A program made the position numbers and the translations under genes. This document shows, one piece after another, positions 9,760 through 19,953 of a DNA stretch of 64,000 nt. Each line of letters begins with the position of its first letter. The stretch's first letter is position 1. A model generated the notes under the pieces. That model ran no database searches. It worked only from the letters and a program-made list of their open reading frames with translations, and was not told where the DNA came from. This DNA comes from an uncultured Bacteroides sp. (GTDB lineage: Bacteria; Bacteroidota; Bacteroidia; Bacteroidales; JACABE01): positions 1,162-65,161 of the forward strand of contig CAZCBG010000009.1 in assembly GCA_964496885.1 (NCBI GenBank), in the 5' to 3' direction.

Positions 9760-9767
9760 TACATTTG
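9760..9767 (+). promoter_or_regulatory. -7 promoter box TACATTTG
   Basis: TAnnTTTG match. The ATG at 9769 lies only 2 nt after it, which argues for the ATG at 9796 as the true start. Confidence 0.45.
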
Positions 9768-9795
9768 CATGATTATAAACTTTAGATTTTGTATA

Positions 9796-11100
9796 ATGAG
9801 GTACTTAAATAGATTTTTACTGTTTTTTCTGATTGTTTTTTCTTTTCAAATGGCTTTGGCTCAATTTACCATCAATGGAGAATTCCGTAATAAAACGATG
9901 TTTTTAGATGGCTATAAACAGTTATTAATCGGTTCTCAAAATCCTTATGGGGTCGTTGTTCAACGAAGTCGCTTATCGTTTGATTACAAAAAAGACAATC
10001 TCACATTTGCATTTTCTGTTCAGGATATCAGAAACTGGGGGCAGGATGCCAATTCTGCAAACAATACCAATATGGGTGTGTTTGAAGTCTGGGCTAAATT
10101 CAATTTCAATGAAAATTTTTCCGTAAAACTTGGTCGTCAGCAAATAAAATATGATGACGAAAGATTAATTTGTGCTTCAAATTGGACCGACCAGGGAGTT
10201 GTTCACGATTTAGCTGTTTTTCAATATGACAATAAAATTAAAACGCTTAAAGCTGATTTGGGCCTGGCAATGAATAATAATACTGCAAATTTAAATTATT
10301 TAAGCGATTATACTGTGAAAAATTACAAATATATGGCTTATCTATGGCTCAATAAGACATTTGCAGAAAAGAAACTGGATGTTTCGCTGATGTCGATCGT
10401 GGATGTGAATCAAAAACCATTAGAGCCAAATAATCTTAAATCAAGGTTTACTTTAGGCCCCAATGTCAATTTCAAAAAAGGGAAATTTAGTATTGGAGGC
10501 ATATTTTATTATCAAGGAGGGAAATTAGCAGATGGCAAAACTGTAAATGCCAATTTTTATTCAGCCAAAATAGGGTATAAAATTGCCAAAGCTTTAGAAC
10601 TTTCCGTGACATATGATCATTATTCAGGTACTGATTTTAAAGATACTACCTTAGCTAAAACTTCATCTGCTACTTTCGACAAACTCTACGGAACCAATCA
10701 TACCTATTTAGGATACATGGATTATTTTACCGGAAACGCAGCCGATATTACCAAAGCAGCCGGTATCAATGATTTATATATCAGGGCAAGTTTTGATTTC
10801 AAAGAAAAACATTCAATAGAAGCAACGTATCATTTGTATTATCTCGACAAAGCCTATATCCCTGTTTCTCACAAACCAAGTCTTGAAGTGAATAAAAGTC
10901 TTGGCTCAGAAATAGACCTGGTTTATACTTATAAGTACAATAAAATCATAAATCTTAGCTTGGCCTATTGCACTATGCTACCAAGTGAAACCCTTAAATA
11001 CCTTCATACCGGAGTCATTGGTGGAGGTAGTACTAAATTTCCTCAGTTTATTTATCTGATGATCAGCTTTAAACCCAATTTTTTCACTTCTAAAGACTAA
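9796..11100 (+). CDS. Outer-membrane beta-barrel porin-like protein (alginate-export-like, tentative)
   Basis: Signal peptide ending ALAQ. Alternating amphipathic beta-strand pattern with an aromatic-rich C-terminus. Confidence 0.45.
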   Translation: MRYLNRFLLFFLIVFSFQMALAQFTINGEFRNKTMFLDGYKQLLIGSQNPYGVVVQRSRLSFDYKKDNLTFAFSVQDIRNWGQDANSANNTNMGVFEVWAKFNFNENFSVKLGRQQIKYDDERLICASNWTDQGVVHDLAVFQYDNKIKTLKADLGLAMNNNTANLNYLSDYTVKNYKYMAYLWLNKTFAEKKLDVSLMSIVDVNQKPLEPNNLKSRFTLGPNVNFKKGKFSIGGIFYYQGGKLADGKTVNANFYSAKIGYKIAKALELSVTYDHYSGTDFKDTTLAKTSSATFDKLYGTNHTYLGYMDYFTGNAADITKAAGINDLYIRASFDFKEKHSIEATYHLYYLDKAYIPVSHKPSLEVNKSLGSEIDLVYTYKYNKIINLSLAYCTMLPSETLKYLHTGVIGGGSTKFPQFIYLMISFKPNFFTSKD

Positions 11101-11209
11101 AAGTTAAACGCGAAAATATGCAAATAAAGCTAAGTTAATAATGGAAAACATCTTTTACTTAACAAGCTGATATGCAATAATCATTAACCAATAACTAATA
11201 ATCTACCTA

Positions 11210-11467
11210 ATGCTAACTGCCAGAAAGTTTGAACGTTTAAGTATGATTGCTAAGCTCACAGAAATCTTTGAGGATGGAGAAGAATTGTATTTACGTACTA
11301 CCAAGGATGGTTTTTCAATTAAATTGTATCAGCTAAACGATTTCTTTTGTGAAGTATGGTATAGTTCGGAAGCCAATAAAGTCTATAAAATAGAATTAAT
11401 TGACCAAACTCAGATTGTTGGTTTGTATGATATTAATATTGATTTTAAGGATTTAATGAATCAATAA
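11210..11467 (+). CDS. Hypothetical small cytoplasmic protein
   Basis: Clean 85-aa ORF in an otherwise empty spacer; no recognisable motif. Confidence 0.35.
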   Translation: MLTARKFERLSMIAKLTEIFEDGEELYLRTTKDGFSIKLYQLNDFFCEVWYSSEANKVYKIELIDQTQIVGLYDINIDFKDLMNQ

Positions 11468-11498
11468 GGTCATTGTATCATATTTTTTTAATCCCTAA

Positions 11499-12548
11499 CT
11501 ATTTGCATTTTTCTATTCTCTTAAACTCCAGTGCTTTGAACAGAGGCTCCCAATTTCCTCCTGTTTTAGAAATATAAGTTGAGTAAAAGAACCCTGATTT
11601 GGCATTCACAAAACACTTCATATACATTAATTCTTCCATGAATTCCAATCCTTTAATCCCCGATTTATCTGATTTTATCGAATAAGGAAGTGAAATACTG
11701 ACGACTTCTTCTTCCTGATTGTTGATTGTTTTGCTTATTTCTTCAGAGGTAATAATATTAATTTTACCAGAAAATACTTTGGTTATATCTGGCTTTTTAG
11801 TTTTAGGATCCAGTAACTTTTCATCCATCAACAATGTCATGGTGGTTAATTTTGTGCAGTTTTCATCGTCCTGATCTTTCGCATAATCCGTTAATGAATA
11901 GTTCTTTTTATCGAAATTTCTAATTTCTTTGATATGATTCTGAATTATTTTTAATGATATCAACAAATCAGAAACAAACAACTGATGGTTTGTACGTGTG
12001 TTGATATAGGGTAAATAAAAACTATAGTCTATCTTTTTATTAAAATTTTCATCATAAGGTTCACTGTTTTCCATGCGTGAATAAACCATCGTAGGAATGG
12101 TTTTCTTGGTAAATGTTTCAATTCCATATTCATTGGTTACCCAAAGCTTGAGTTGCACAAACTGTAACAACGTGTAATCACGAGGGTTAACTCTTCTTAA
12201 AGTCTGTACTTCCGAAAAAGTTTTGTATTCAATTGGCTTTTCACTGTTGAATTGCCATACTTTTGAGATAGCATCTTTGATCTGACTGTTATAGCCAGCC
12301 ACAAATTCTTTGTAAGCACTCAATTCATTAACCAATTCTTCTTTTCTTTTGGCATTGCTGGTTGTTGAAATTCGTTTTTCCAAATCTTCAATAAAATAAG
12401 CATCTTCTTTAATTAATTGAACGATCAGTGGTCGTTTACAAATAATTTTAAAATCATCTGCTTTAGCATTGACTATCTGTGATTTAACATTGATATTGAA
12501 TGAAAAAACAATAAGAAACAGCAGGAAAACATGTTTGAAATCTGACAT
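11499..12548 (-). CDS. Hypothetical secreted protein
   Basis: Signal peptide (FLLFLIVFSFNINVKSQ). The ORF-track start at 12557 is a TTG, so the ATG at 12548 is preferred. No family recognised. Confidence 0.5.
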   Translation of the reverse strand: MSDFKHVFLLFLIVFSFNINVKSQIVNAKADDFKIICKRPLIVQLIKEDAYFIEDLEKRISTTSNAKRKEELVNELSAYKEFVAGYNSQIKDAISKVWQFNSEKPIEYKTFSEVQTLRRVNPRDYTLLQFVQLKLWVTNEYGIETFTKKTIPTMVYSRMENSEPYDENFNKKIDYSFYLPYINTRTNHQLFVSDLLISLKIIQNHIKEIRNFDKKNYSLTDYAKDQDDENCTKLTTMTLLMDEKLLDPKTKKPDITKVFSGKINIITSEEISKTINNQEEEVVSISLPYSIKSDKSGIKGLEFMEELMYMKCFVNAKSGFFYSTYISKTGGNWEPLFKALEFKRIEKCK

Positions 12549-12658
12549 TGGACACAAAGGTTTAAGGTTTGATGGTTCAAATCTACAGTTTTTTTTCCAA
12601 TAATGAAGTTTTTTAAATAAAGAAATTATAAAAAATCATTTTATTTCACATAGTTCAT

Positions 12659-12666
12659 TAATTTTG
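12659..12666 (+). promoter_or_regulatory. -7 promoter box TAATTTTG
   Basis: TAnnTTTG match. The ORF-track TTG start (12664) is part of this box. Confidence 0.5.
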
Positions 12667-12684
12667 ACAATTAAAAATCGAAAT

Positions 12685-13476
12685 ATGGGGATTAAACTGA
12701 GAATAGGTCTGTTAAATATCATGCCTGAAGCAGAAAAATATGAAACAAAAATCTTGAGAATGATCACTCAACAATCAATTTCTGTTGAAACTGTATTGAT
12801 CAGATCTTCGTTTCATGCCTATAAAACTACGGATAAGCATCATCTCGAGAAATTTTACATCACTTTCGCACAGGCTATTGCCAATAAAAAACTTGACGGA
12901 CTGATAGTTACAGGGGCTCCTGTTGAATTAATGCCTTTCGAAAATATTACGTATTGGAATGAATTAACTGAAATATTTAATTATGCTCAAAAAAATATAA
13001 TCACTACCTTGGGGATTTGTTGGGGAGGAATTGCCATAGGGAAGTTTCTTGGAATCAATGAAATTATACTGGATAAAAAATTATTTGGTGTTTTTCCTTC
13101 AACATACCACCAAGTAAAACATTGGATAAACAACAATTCCAAGCCTGTTTTTGATAGTCCTCAAAGCAGGTACGCAAGCTTGAATGAGGAAGAACTGCTA
13201 TTGGCAGAAAACAATGGAAGCATCCGATTGCTTGTAGATTCATCAGAAGCCGGGCATTTTATTTTTGAATCTTCCGATGAGCGATTTGTTGCGCATTTGG
13301 GACATCCCGAATATGATATCCAGCGAATACTTTCAGAATATGAAAGAGATCAAATAAAAGGGCTCAATCTAATTCCTCAGTATTTTGATGTAAAGAATCC
13401 GGTTAATACCTGGCAAGAAACCAGCATGAATTTCTTTGGAAAGTGGCTGGAGATGATAAATAATAAATCAAATTGA
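12685..13476 (+). CDS. metA: Homoserine O-acyltransferase (MetA family), short form
   Basis: LNIMPEAEKYETKILR (LNLMPKK-type), GLIVTGAP, catalytic Cys in GICWGG, His/Glu in LGHPEYD. Lacks about 30 N-terminal residues relative to E. coli MetA as recalled. Confidence 0.7.
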   Translation: MGIKLRIGLLNIMPEAEKYETKILRMITQQSISVETVLIRSSFHAYKTTDKHHLEKFYITFAQAIANKKLDGLIVTGAPVELMPFENITYWNELTEIFNYAQKNIITTLGICWGGIAIGKFLGINEIILDKKLFGVFPSTYHQVKHWINNNSKPVFDSPQSRYASLNEEELLLAENNGSIRLLVDSSEAGHFIFESSDERFVAHLGHPEYDIQRILSEYERDQIKGLNLIPQYFDVKNPVNTWQETSMNFFGKWLEMINNKSN

Positions 13477-13618
13477 TTTCATTGAGTCATCAGATGACAT
13501 GTGAATCAGATTTTAAATTCGGAATGTATTATCTTTTTCATTTCCTCATTTCATACAATCATTCTCATTAGAATTCTTTAAAAATTTGTAATTTTGCTTT
13601 TTAAAAACATTTCGACTC

Positions 13619-16084
13619 ATGAAGATTTCATATAACTGGCTGAAAACATATTTAAATATAGACATTACTGCCGAAAGAGCTGCACAATTGTTGACAGATT
13701 GCGGGTTGGAGGTAGAAGGCATCGAAAAGATAGAATCCATCAAAGGAGGCTTGCAGGGCATCGTAATAGGTGAGGTAAAAACCTGTAGCAAACATCCTGA
13801 TGCCGATAAATTGAGAATTACTACCGTTGATGTTGGTGCTTTAGAATTACTTCACATCGTTTGCGGGGCACCCAATGTGGCTGCAGGACAAAAAGTAGCG
13901 GTTGCTACCATAGGGGCTGTGCTTTACAATGGTGATGAGTCATTTATTATAAAAAAATCAAAAATCCGTGGTGAAGTTTCCGAAGGCATGATATGTGCAG
14001 AAGACGAACTGGGGTTGGGTCATTCCCATGCCGGAATCATGGTGCTGGATGAAACTGTTGTTGTGGGTACTGCTGCCAGTAAGTATTTCAAAATAGAAGA
14101 CGATTATATGATAGAAATCGGCTTAACGCCCAATCGTTCCGATGCCACTTCTCATATTGGCGTTGCCCGCGATCTGGCCGCTGTGATCAATAATCTATCA
14201 AATACTACGACCAAAGTTGAAATGAAAATCCCAGCTGTGGATGATTTTAAGATAGATAATCATAACCTGCCTATTGAAGTCACTGTTGAAGATGCTATAG
14301 CTTGTCCACGTTATACAGGCATCACCATTTCGGGTATTGAAGTAAAAGAATCGCCCGATTGGCTTAAAAATAAATTAAAAACCATCGGTATCCGTTCCAT
14401 CAACAATATTGTGGATATCAGCAATTTCGTCTTATTTGAATGTGGACAACCATTGCATGTTTTTGATGCAGATAAAATTGCAGGAAATAAAATCATCGTT
14501 AAAAAAATAGCAAAAGGAAGTCCTTTTATTACCCTGGATGGAACAGAACGCAAACTTTCGGGTGAAGATCTGATGATTTGCAATGCCAATGAAGGCATGT
14601 GTATAGCTGGAGTTTTCGGTGGCGAAAAATCAGGTGTTACAACAGAAACTAAAAATATATTTATTGAAAGTGCTTATTTTGACCCAACCACTATCCGTAA
14701 AACTTCAAAATTTCACGGTCTGAAAACCGACGCTTCTTTCCGTTACGAACGTGGTTGCGATCCCAATATTACAGTTTATGCACTCAAACGTGCCGTAGTG
14801 CTAATCAAAGAATTGGCCGGAGGCAAAGTTTCATCAGAAATTGTGGATGTATATCCCGTAACTATTGAACGTAAATCTATAGAAATCAGCTTTCAACATA
14901 CTTATCGTTTAATCGGAAAAGAGATAGCTAAGCATATCATTAAAAATATATTGACCTCACTGGAAATTGAAATTACAGCCGAAACCGCAGACGGTTTAAG
15001 CTTGTTGATTCCTACCAATAAAGTAGATGTTGTCCGTGAAGCTGATGTAATTGAAGAAATTCTCCGCATTTATGGTTACAATAATATTGAAATCGGAAGT
15101 GAATTGCACTCCAGTATTTCTTATATTGTTAAACCTGATAAGGAAAAAGTACAAAATACAATTTCGAATTACCTCAGTATGAATGGTTTTGTTGAAATCA
15201 TGAACAATTCGCTCACTACCTCCGAGTATGTGAATAAAATTGCAGGTTTCAATCCGGCCATGAATGTAAAGATACTGAATCCATTGAGCAAGGAACTGGA
15301 TGTAATGCGTCAGACATTGTTATTCGGTGGATTGGAAAGTATTAGCTATAACATCAATCGCAAATCGACAGATCTGAAATTGTATGAATTCGGGAATACT
15401 TATACTTACAATGCTGAAGTGAATGCAGAAGCGAGTGTTAACAAAAGATTTAAAGAAGAAAAGCACTTGGCTGTGTTTATCAGCGGTAAGAAATATTCCG
15501 AGAACTGGAACTTAGCCGCTAGCAATACCGACTTTTTTAGTCTGAAAGCGCATGTAATGAATATTTTACACCGTTTGCGTATTAATATTGACAAACTGAA
15601 TGTGAGTACAATTTCGAATGCAGTGTATGAAGAAGCACTGGAATACACTTCCAACGGAAAAACTGTTTTCACATATGGAAGTTTACAGCCTAATTTATTA
15701 GCAGGTTTTGACATCAAACAAGCAGTCTTTTATGCCGATTTCCAATGGGATTCCATTGTAAAAATGATTCCAAAAGATGAAGTTGTTTATTCCGAAGTTT
15801 CTAAGTTTCCTGAAGTCCGTCGTGATCTGGCCTTGTTGATTAACAAAGAAGTTAGTTTTGCAGAAATTGTAAAATTGGCTTATCAAACAGAGAAAAATCT
15901 TTTGAGAAAAGTCAATCTTTTCGATGTGTATGAAGGCGATAAACTAGAAACCGGCAAGAAATCATATGCCGTAAGTTTTATGATACAGGATCAGGAAAAA
16001 ACCCTCAACGATAAACAAATTGAGAGTATCATGAACCGATTGATAAAGGTTTATGTAGAAAAATTGGGAGCTGTAATCAGGTAA
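13619..16084 (+). CDS. pheT: Phenylalanine--tRNA ligase beta subunit
   Basis: MKISYNWLK start, tRNA-binding domain, B3/4, B5 and FDX-ACB regions; 821 aa. Confidence 0.95.
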   Translation: MKISYNWLKTYLNIDITAERAAQLLTDCGLEVEGIEKIESIKGGLQGIVIGEVKTCSKHPDADKLRITTVDVGALELLHIVCGAPNVAAGQKVAVATIGAVLYNGDESFIIKKSKIRGEVSEGMICAEDELGLGHSHAGIMVLDETVVVGTAASKYFKIEDDYMIEIGLTPNRSDATSHIGVARDLAAVINNLSNTTTKVEMKIPAVDDFKIDNHNLPIEVTVEDAIACPRYTGITISGIEVKESPDWLKNKLKTIGIRSINNIVDISNFVLFECGQPLHVFDADKIAGNKIIVKKIAKGSPFITLDGTERKLSGEDLMICNANEGMCIAGVFGGEKSGVTTETKNIFIESAYFDPTTIRKTSKFHGLKTDASFRYERGCDPNITVYALKRAVVLIKELAGGKVSSEIVDVYPVTIERKSIEISFQHTYRLIGKEIAKHIIKNILTSLEIEITAETADGLSLLIPTNKVDVVREADVIEEILRIYGYNNIEIGSELHSSISYIVKPDKEKVQNTISNYLSMNGFVEIMNNSLTTSEYVNKIAGFNPAMNVKILNPLSKELDVMRQTLLFGGLESISYNINRKSTDLKLYEFGNTYTYNAEVNAEASVNKRFKEEKHLAVFISGKKYSENWNLAASNTDFFSLKAHVMNILHRLRINIDKLNVSTISNAVYEEALEYTSNGKTVFTYGSLQPNLLAGFDIKQAVFYADFQWDSIVKMIPKDEVVYSEVSKFPEVRRDLALLINKEVSFAEIVKLAYQTEKNLLRKVNLFDVYEGDKLETGKKSYAVSFMIQDQEKTLNDKQIESIMNRLIKVYVEKLGAVIR

Positions 16085-16094
16085 TTTTATTATC

Positions 16095-16163
16095 TTTTGT
16101 CATACTGGCGAAGGAAGCATCTTATATTTATTCGCATTTCCAATAATAGATATGTATTATTGG
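16095..16163 (+). repeat. Intergenic module copy A: 28-nt box TTTTGTCATACTGGCGAAGGAAGCATCT plus AT-rich hairpin CCAATAAT-N8-ATTATTGG
   Basis: By hand alignment, 25 of 30 aligned columns are identical to the box at 23453-23482. Both boxes are followed by a hairpin. Confidence 0.6.
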
Positions 16164-16212
16164 CATGCTAATTTTTATAGGTTTAATCTAGATTTTTCAT
16201 TCGAATTATCAT

Positions 16213-16220
16213 TATCTTTG
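16213..16220 (+). promoter_or_regulatory. -7 promoter box TATCTTTG upstream of the OMP/ubiX pair
   Basis: TAnnTTTG match, 109 nt upstream of the ATG at 16329. Confidence 0.4.
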
Positions 16221-16328
16221 TTGAAATATAAAAAACAGATGAAACGAGCTATGGGAAATATTCACACTCACGAGGATGTTTATGTTAGCGAGTTCCATAT
16301 GTACATTTAAAAAAAATAATAAAAACAT

Positions 16329-16952
16329 ATGAAAGCAAAATTCATTTTAACACTTATTTTCTTATGTTCATGCTTATTTGTTAATGCTCAGTATTTTAAT
16401 GCTGGCTTCAAATTAGGTGTTGTAGGATCTCAGGTGGATGGAGATACATATGGAGGTTATGATAAATTAGGGCTTGATGTAGGATTATTTGTTAATTATC
16501 AGCTTTCGATGCGCACTGCCCTACAATTAGAAATGGAGTATATCCAAAAAGGGAGCAGCCATACACCCAATGTAGAAATTGGCGATTATATTGAATATAA
16601 AATGCAAGTCAACTATTTGCAATTACCAGTTTTATTTCAATATAAACTGTCTCAGAATTTTTCTGCTGAAATGGGTCCCGCATTTGGTTTATTGTTAAGC
16701 AATTACGAAGAATACAATCAATGGGAAATCCAAAGCAATCCGTTTCGTAAATTTGCATTCAGCTGGGTTACTGGTATCAATTATGCTATTACTGATAATT
16801 GGAACGCCAATTTCCGCCTCGATTATTCTTTGATCGGAATACGACAAAAACCTGCTCCCGGCGATCGCTGGATTTTCTTTCAATATGGACAATTTAACAA
16901 TGCTTTGGTAATTTCAATTCATTATTTAATCAATCATGCTAAAGCAAAATAA
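16329..16952 (+). CDS. Outer-membrane beta-barrel protein (porin family / OMP_b-brl-like)
   Basis: Signal peptide ending VNAQ; 8-10 amphipathic strands; about 200 aa is typical of small Bacteroidota OMPs. Confidence 0.6.
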   Translation: MKAKFILTLIFLCSCLFVNAQYFNAGFKLGVVGSQVDGDTYGGYDKLGLDVGLFVNYQLSMRTALQLEMEYIQKGSSHTPNVEIGDYIEYKMQVNYLQLPVLFQYKLSQNFSAEMGPAFGLLLSNYEEYNQWEIQSNPFRKFAFSWVTGINYAITDNWNANFRLDYSLIGIRQKPAPGDRWIFFQYGQFNNALVISIHYLINHAKAK

Positions 16953-17517
16953 ACTTAAAATAGCTATAGCTGTAACAGGAGCCAGTGGTGCCATTTATGC
17001 CAAAGTCCTGTTTGCTAAAATACAGTTGCTGTCAGATCAGATTGCAGAGGTAGGCCTTGTTTTTACAGAAAATGCAAAACAGGTCTGGGAATACGAAATG
17101 GGAAATGATGCATATAAACACCTCCCTTTTAAAATTTATGCCAGCAATGATTTTTATGCACCTTTTGCCTCGGGTTCAGGTAATTACGATGCTTTGATTA
17201 TTTGTCCCTGCACAATGGGTACCCTTGGCCGTATTGCATCTGGTATGGCAGGTGATTTGATATGCCGTGCCGCTGATGTGATGTTGAAGGAAAGAAAAAA
17301 CTTAATTTTGGTTTGTCGTGAAACACCTTTGAACCTGATCCATATTAACAATATGAAAACTGTTACTGAAGCAGGTGGAATTATTTGTCCTGCTACTCCA
17401 TCTTTTTACAGCAAACCGCAAACAATAGAAGAAGTAGCAGCCACTGTGGTTGATAGGGTGATACAATTAGCCGGTATGGATATTGAAACTTATCATTGGG
17501 GAAAGAGCAGTACTTAG
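16936..17517 (+). CDS. ubiX: Flavin prenyltransferase UbiX
   Basis: KIAIAVTGASGAIYA, ICPCTMGTLGRIASG and LILVCRETPL motifs. Overlaps the upstream gene by 17 nt. Confidence 0.9.
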   Translation: MLKQNKLKIAIAVTGASGAIYAKVLFAKIQLLSDQIAEVGLVFTENAKQVWEYEMGNDAYKHLPFKIYASNDFYAPFASGSGNYDALIICPCTMGTLGRIASGMAGDLICRAADVMLKERKNLILVCRETPLNLIHINNMKTVTEAGGIICPATPSFYSKPQTIEEVAATVVDRVIQLAGMDIETYHWGKSST

Positions 17518-17643
17518 GGTATTTGAAGTGCCTTGAGTACTTAGCGTAATAATAAATAAATATATTTCTTATAAATAGTTTTTAAATAAGGATACTTTAA
17601 AATACTTATAAGTACTTCTTTATTTACTTTACAAAAAAAAATC

Positions 17644-18336
17644 ATGGAAGACGAAACCAATCAGGTCGATTTATTTGATAGTGTGTTGAATAAAGCCCTC
17701 CTCAAACAGCAAGTTTATAAAAATACTTTTGAAGCCGCTAAATTATTTAAAGAAGTAATTGTAGAAGTGGTGGGTGAGTTTAAGCAAAAGTTATCCCCAG
17801 AAGAAGCGCATATTTCTTTTGAATACAAAGATAAAGATGCTTTTGAAATGGAATTAAAATTTGCAGGAGATGTTCTCATTTTTATGATGCATACCAATGT
17901 TTTTGAATTTCCACGTAACCACGAAATTATGCGATGTAACTATATAAGGGAAGATAAAAATCATTCCTACTGTGGCATAATCAATATTTACAATTTTTTA
18001 GCCGATTCTTTTAAATACAATCGAGAAAATGATATTGGCTATCTGATAGGAAGGGTTTTTATCAATAGTGAAAATCATTATTACATTGAGGGCAAGAAAG
18101 AACTCGGGTTGATTTATAATGATTTTTGCAACAATATTATCAGCAAAGAAGCCGTCAAGGGAATTGTTGAAAAAGCGATTTTGTATACGTCTAATTTCGA
18201 CCTCCTTACGCCTCCTTATGATGAGGTAAAAGAAGTAAGTTTATTTGAAATACAATCAAATATTGATAATATTCAATTAAAAACAGGTAAACGTTTGGGC
18301 TTTAAATTCCAGGCCGATTCGGAAAATATGAAATAG
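17644..18336 (+). CDS. Hypothetical cytoplasmic protein
   Basis: 230-aa ORF with no signal peptide and no recognised motif. Confidence 0.45.
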   Translation: MEDETNQVDLFDSVLNKALLKQQVYKNTFEAAKLFKEVIVEVVGEFKQKLSPEEAHISFEYKDKDAFEMELKFAGDVLIFMMHTNVFEFPRNHEIMRCNYIREDKNHSYCGIINIYNFLADSFKYNRENDIGYLIGRVFINSENHYYIEGKKELGLIYNDFCNNIISKEAVKGIVEKAILYTSNFDLLTPPYDEVKEVSLFEIQSNIDNIQLKTGKRLGFKFQADSENMK

Positions 18337-18428
18337 CCCTCAGTTTACGATTCATATCAACAAAGAATATTTTAATAGGTCTTATCAAGATAAATCGGGA
18401 AAGGAGATATCTCTATTTATATCAAATT

Positions 18429-18800
18429 TCAATAACTTAAAGGAGGATAAAAGGCATCTTCAATGTGATTGAAAGTGTTCTTACCATTTTTTGAAACGAT
18501 GGCAATGATATCAAAACGGCATTCATCGTTGATGTTATTTTGAAAGATATAATGTTGAGCAGCTCTGATTAAAAATCTTTGCTTTTGTTTGGTAACAGCA
18601 ATTTCGGGTTCTCCAAACACATTGGTGGAACGTGTTTTCACCTCAACGATTACAAGAAATCCATTGTATCTGGCTACGATATCAATTTCGTCGGAGCCAA
18701 AACGCCAATTGCGCGCTAAAATCTGATAGCCTTTTTCTTTTAAGAAATTTTCAGCTGCTTGTTCGCCGCTGGCACCTAATTCGTTATGTTCTGCCATCAT
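18429..18800 (-). CDS. yraN: YraN family (UPF0102) endonuclease-like protein
   Basis: GE..A..FL...GY.IL.RNWR....EIDIVA....LVIVEVKTR pattern. Confidence 0.85.
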   Translation of the reverse strand: MMAEHNELGASGEQAAENFLKEKGYQILARNWRFGSDEIDIVARYNGFLVIVEVKTRSTNVFGEPEIAVTKQKQRFLIRAAQHYIFQNNINDECRFDIIAIVSKNGKNTFNHIEDAFYPPLSY

Positions 18801-18915
18801 CGTCTGTTTTTATACCTTTAAAAAAATGATGTGTATATTCGCAGCGTTTATAATTCAAATACATGCGCTAATCTATACAAAAAACGCTGTGCTATTTTCA
18901 ATTCTTTATCAATTC

Positions 18916-19836
18916 CTACCCTAGTATATTGGATTCAATAAATTGCAATTCAACTTTTTCACCTATTTCCAATACTCCTTTCCTTCCTAATATCAAACAT
19001 CGGTTGTCGTCCAAATGTCCAGCTGGAAATTGAAAACATACAGGATAGTTGTAGTCAGCAACTGCTTCTGAAATAATTTCTTCGGCTGTTTTTCCAAAAG
19101 GAACCGTATTATCATTCATACCCGACATTCCTCCTACTATTAATCCTGCCAGATGGGCTAATTTCCCGCTCCGTTTTAAGTTCATCATCATGCGGTCAAT
19201 ATGGTAGAGGTATTCGTCCAGATCTTCTATAAACAGGATTTTTCCATTGGTATCAATATCGGAAGCTGTACCCATTAGACTATACAAAATTGAAAGGTTG
19301 CCACCCACCAGTATCCCTTTTGCTTTTCCTTTTCGGTTAAAGGGATGGGATTCTATTGTAAAAGATAGTTTTTCGTTCATTAATGCTTTTCTCAATGAAG
19401 TCAAAGCTTGGTTTTCGCTTCCGTCTATTGGGAAATTAATGGGCATGCAAGCATGCAGGGTTTCGATACCATACAGCTTTTGAATATGAGAATGGAGCAC
19501 AGTAACATCACTGTATCCAATTATCCATTTTGGATAAAGGGTAAATTTGCTAAAATCAATACTATCAATAATCTTGACAGTTCCATAACCTCCACGGGCA
19601 CAGATTACAGCTTTTATACTTTCATCATCCAGTGCCCACTGCAAATCTTCAGCCCTTTCCTGTTCGCTACCAGCAAATTGATGCTCAACTCTGAATAGAT
19701 TTTTCCCATAAATTGGGTCAAATCCCCATTTGTGAAACATTTCCACTGCTGGAGCTAATTCCTGCTGAGAGATCTTGCGGGCTGTTGAAATGATTGCTAT
19801 CTTATCGCCGGGTTTCAGTGATGGGGGTGTTTGCAT
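18916..19836 (-). CDS. ldcA: LD-carboxypeptidase (peptidase S66, muramoyltetrapeptide carboxypeptidase)
   Basis: LKPGDKIAIISTA, ARGGYG, GYSDVTVLH (nucleophile Ser), C-terminal FPAGH. Confidence 0.85.
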   Translation of the reverse strand: MQTPPSLKPGDKIAIISTARKISQQELAPAVEMFHKWGFDPIYGKNLFRVEHQFAGSEQERAEDLQWALDDESIKAVICARGGYGTVKIIDSIDFSKFTLYPKWIIGYSDVTVLHSHIQKLYGIETLHACMPINFPIDGSENQALTSLRKALMNEKLSFTIESHPFNRKGKAKGILVGGNLSILYSLMGTASDIDTNGKILFIEDLDEYLYHIDRMMMNLKRSGKLAHLAGLIVGGMSGMNDNTVPFGKTAEEIISEAVADYNYPVCFQFPAGHLDDNRCLILGRKGVLEIGEKVELQFIESNILG

Positions 19837-19953
19837 GGCGTATGGTTATAAAGTTTTATATATTACCTGCCTTCTGGTTAATAAGGATTTATTAGTATTT
19901 CTTTAGAAATAATATATTTTCGTAATTCGTAATTTCTAATTTTTAATTGTAAA

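Noticed and set aside
16239-16310. 23-codon ORF (MKRAMGNIHTHEDVYVSEFHMYI) in the leader between the 16213 promoter box and the OMP gene; considered as a leader peptide
   Set aside because: Too short and unremarkable to support without conservation or ribosome-profiling data.
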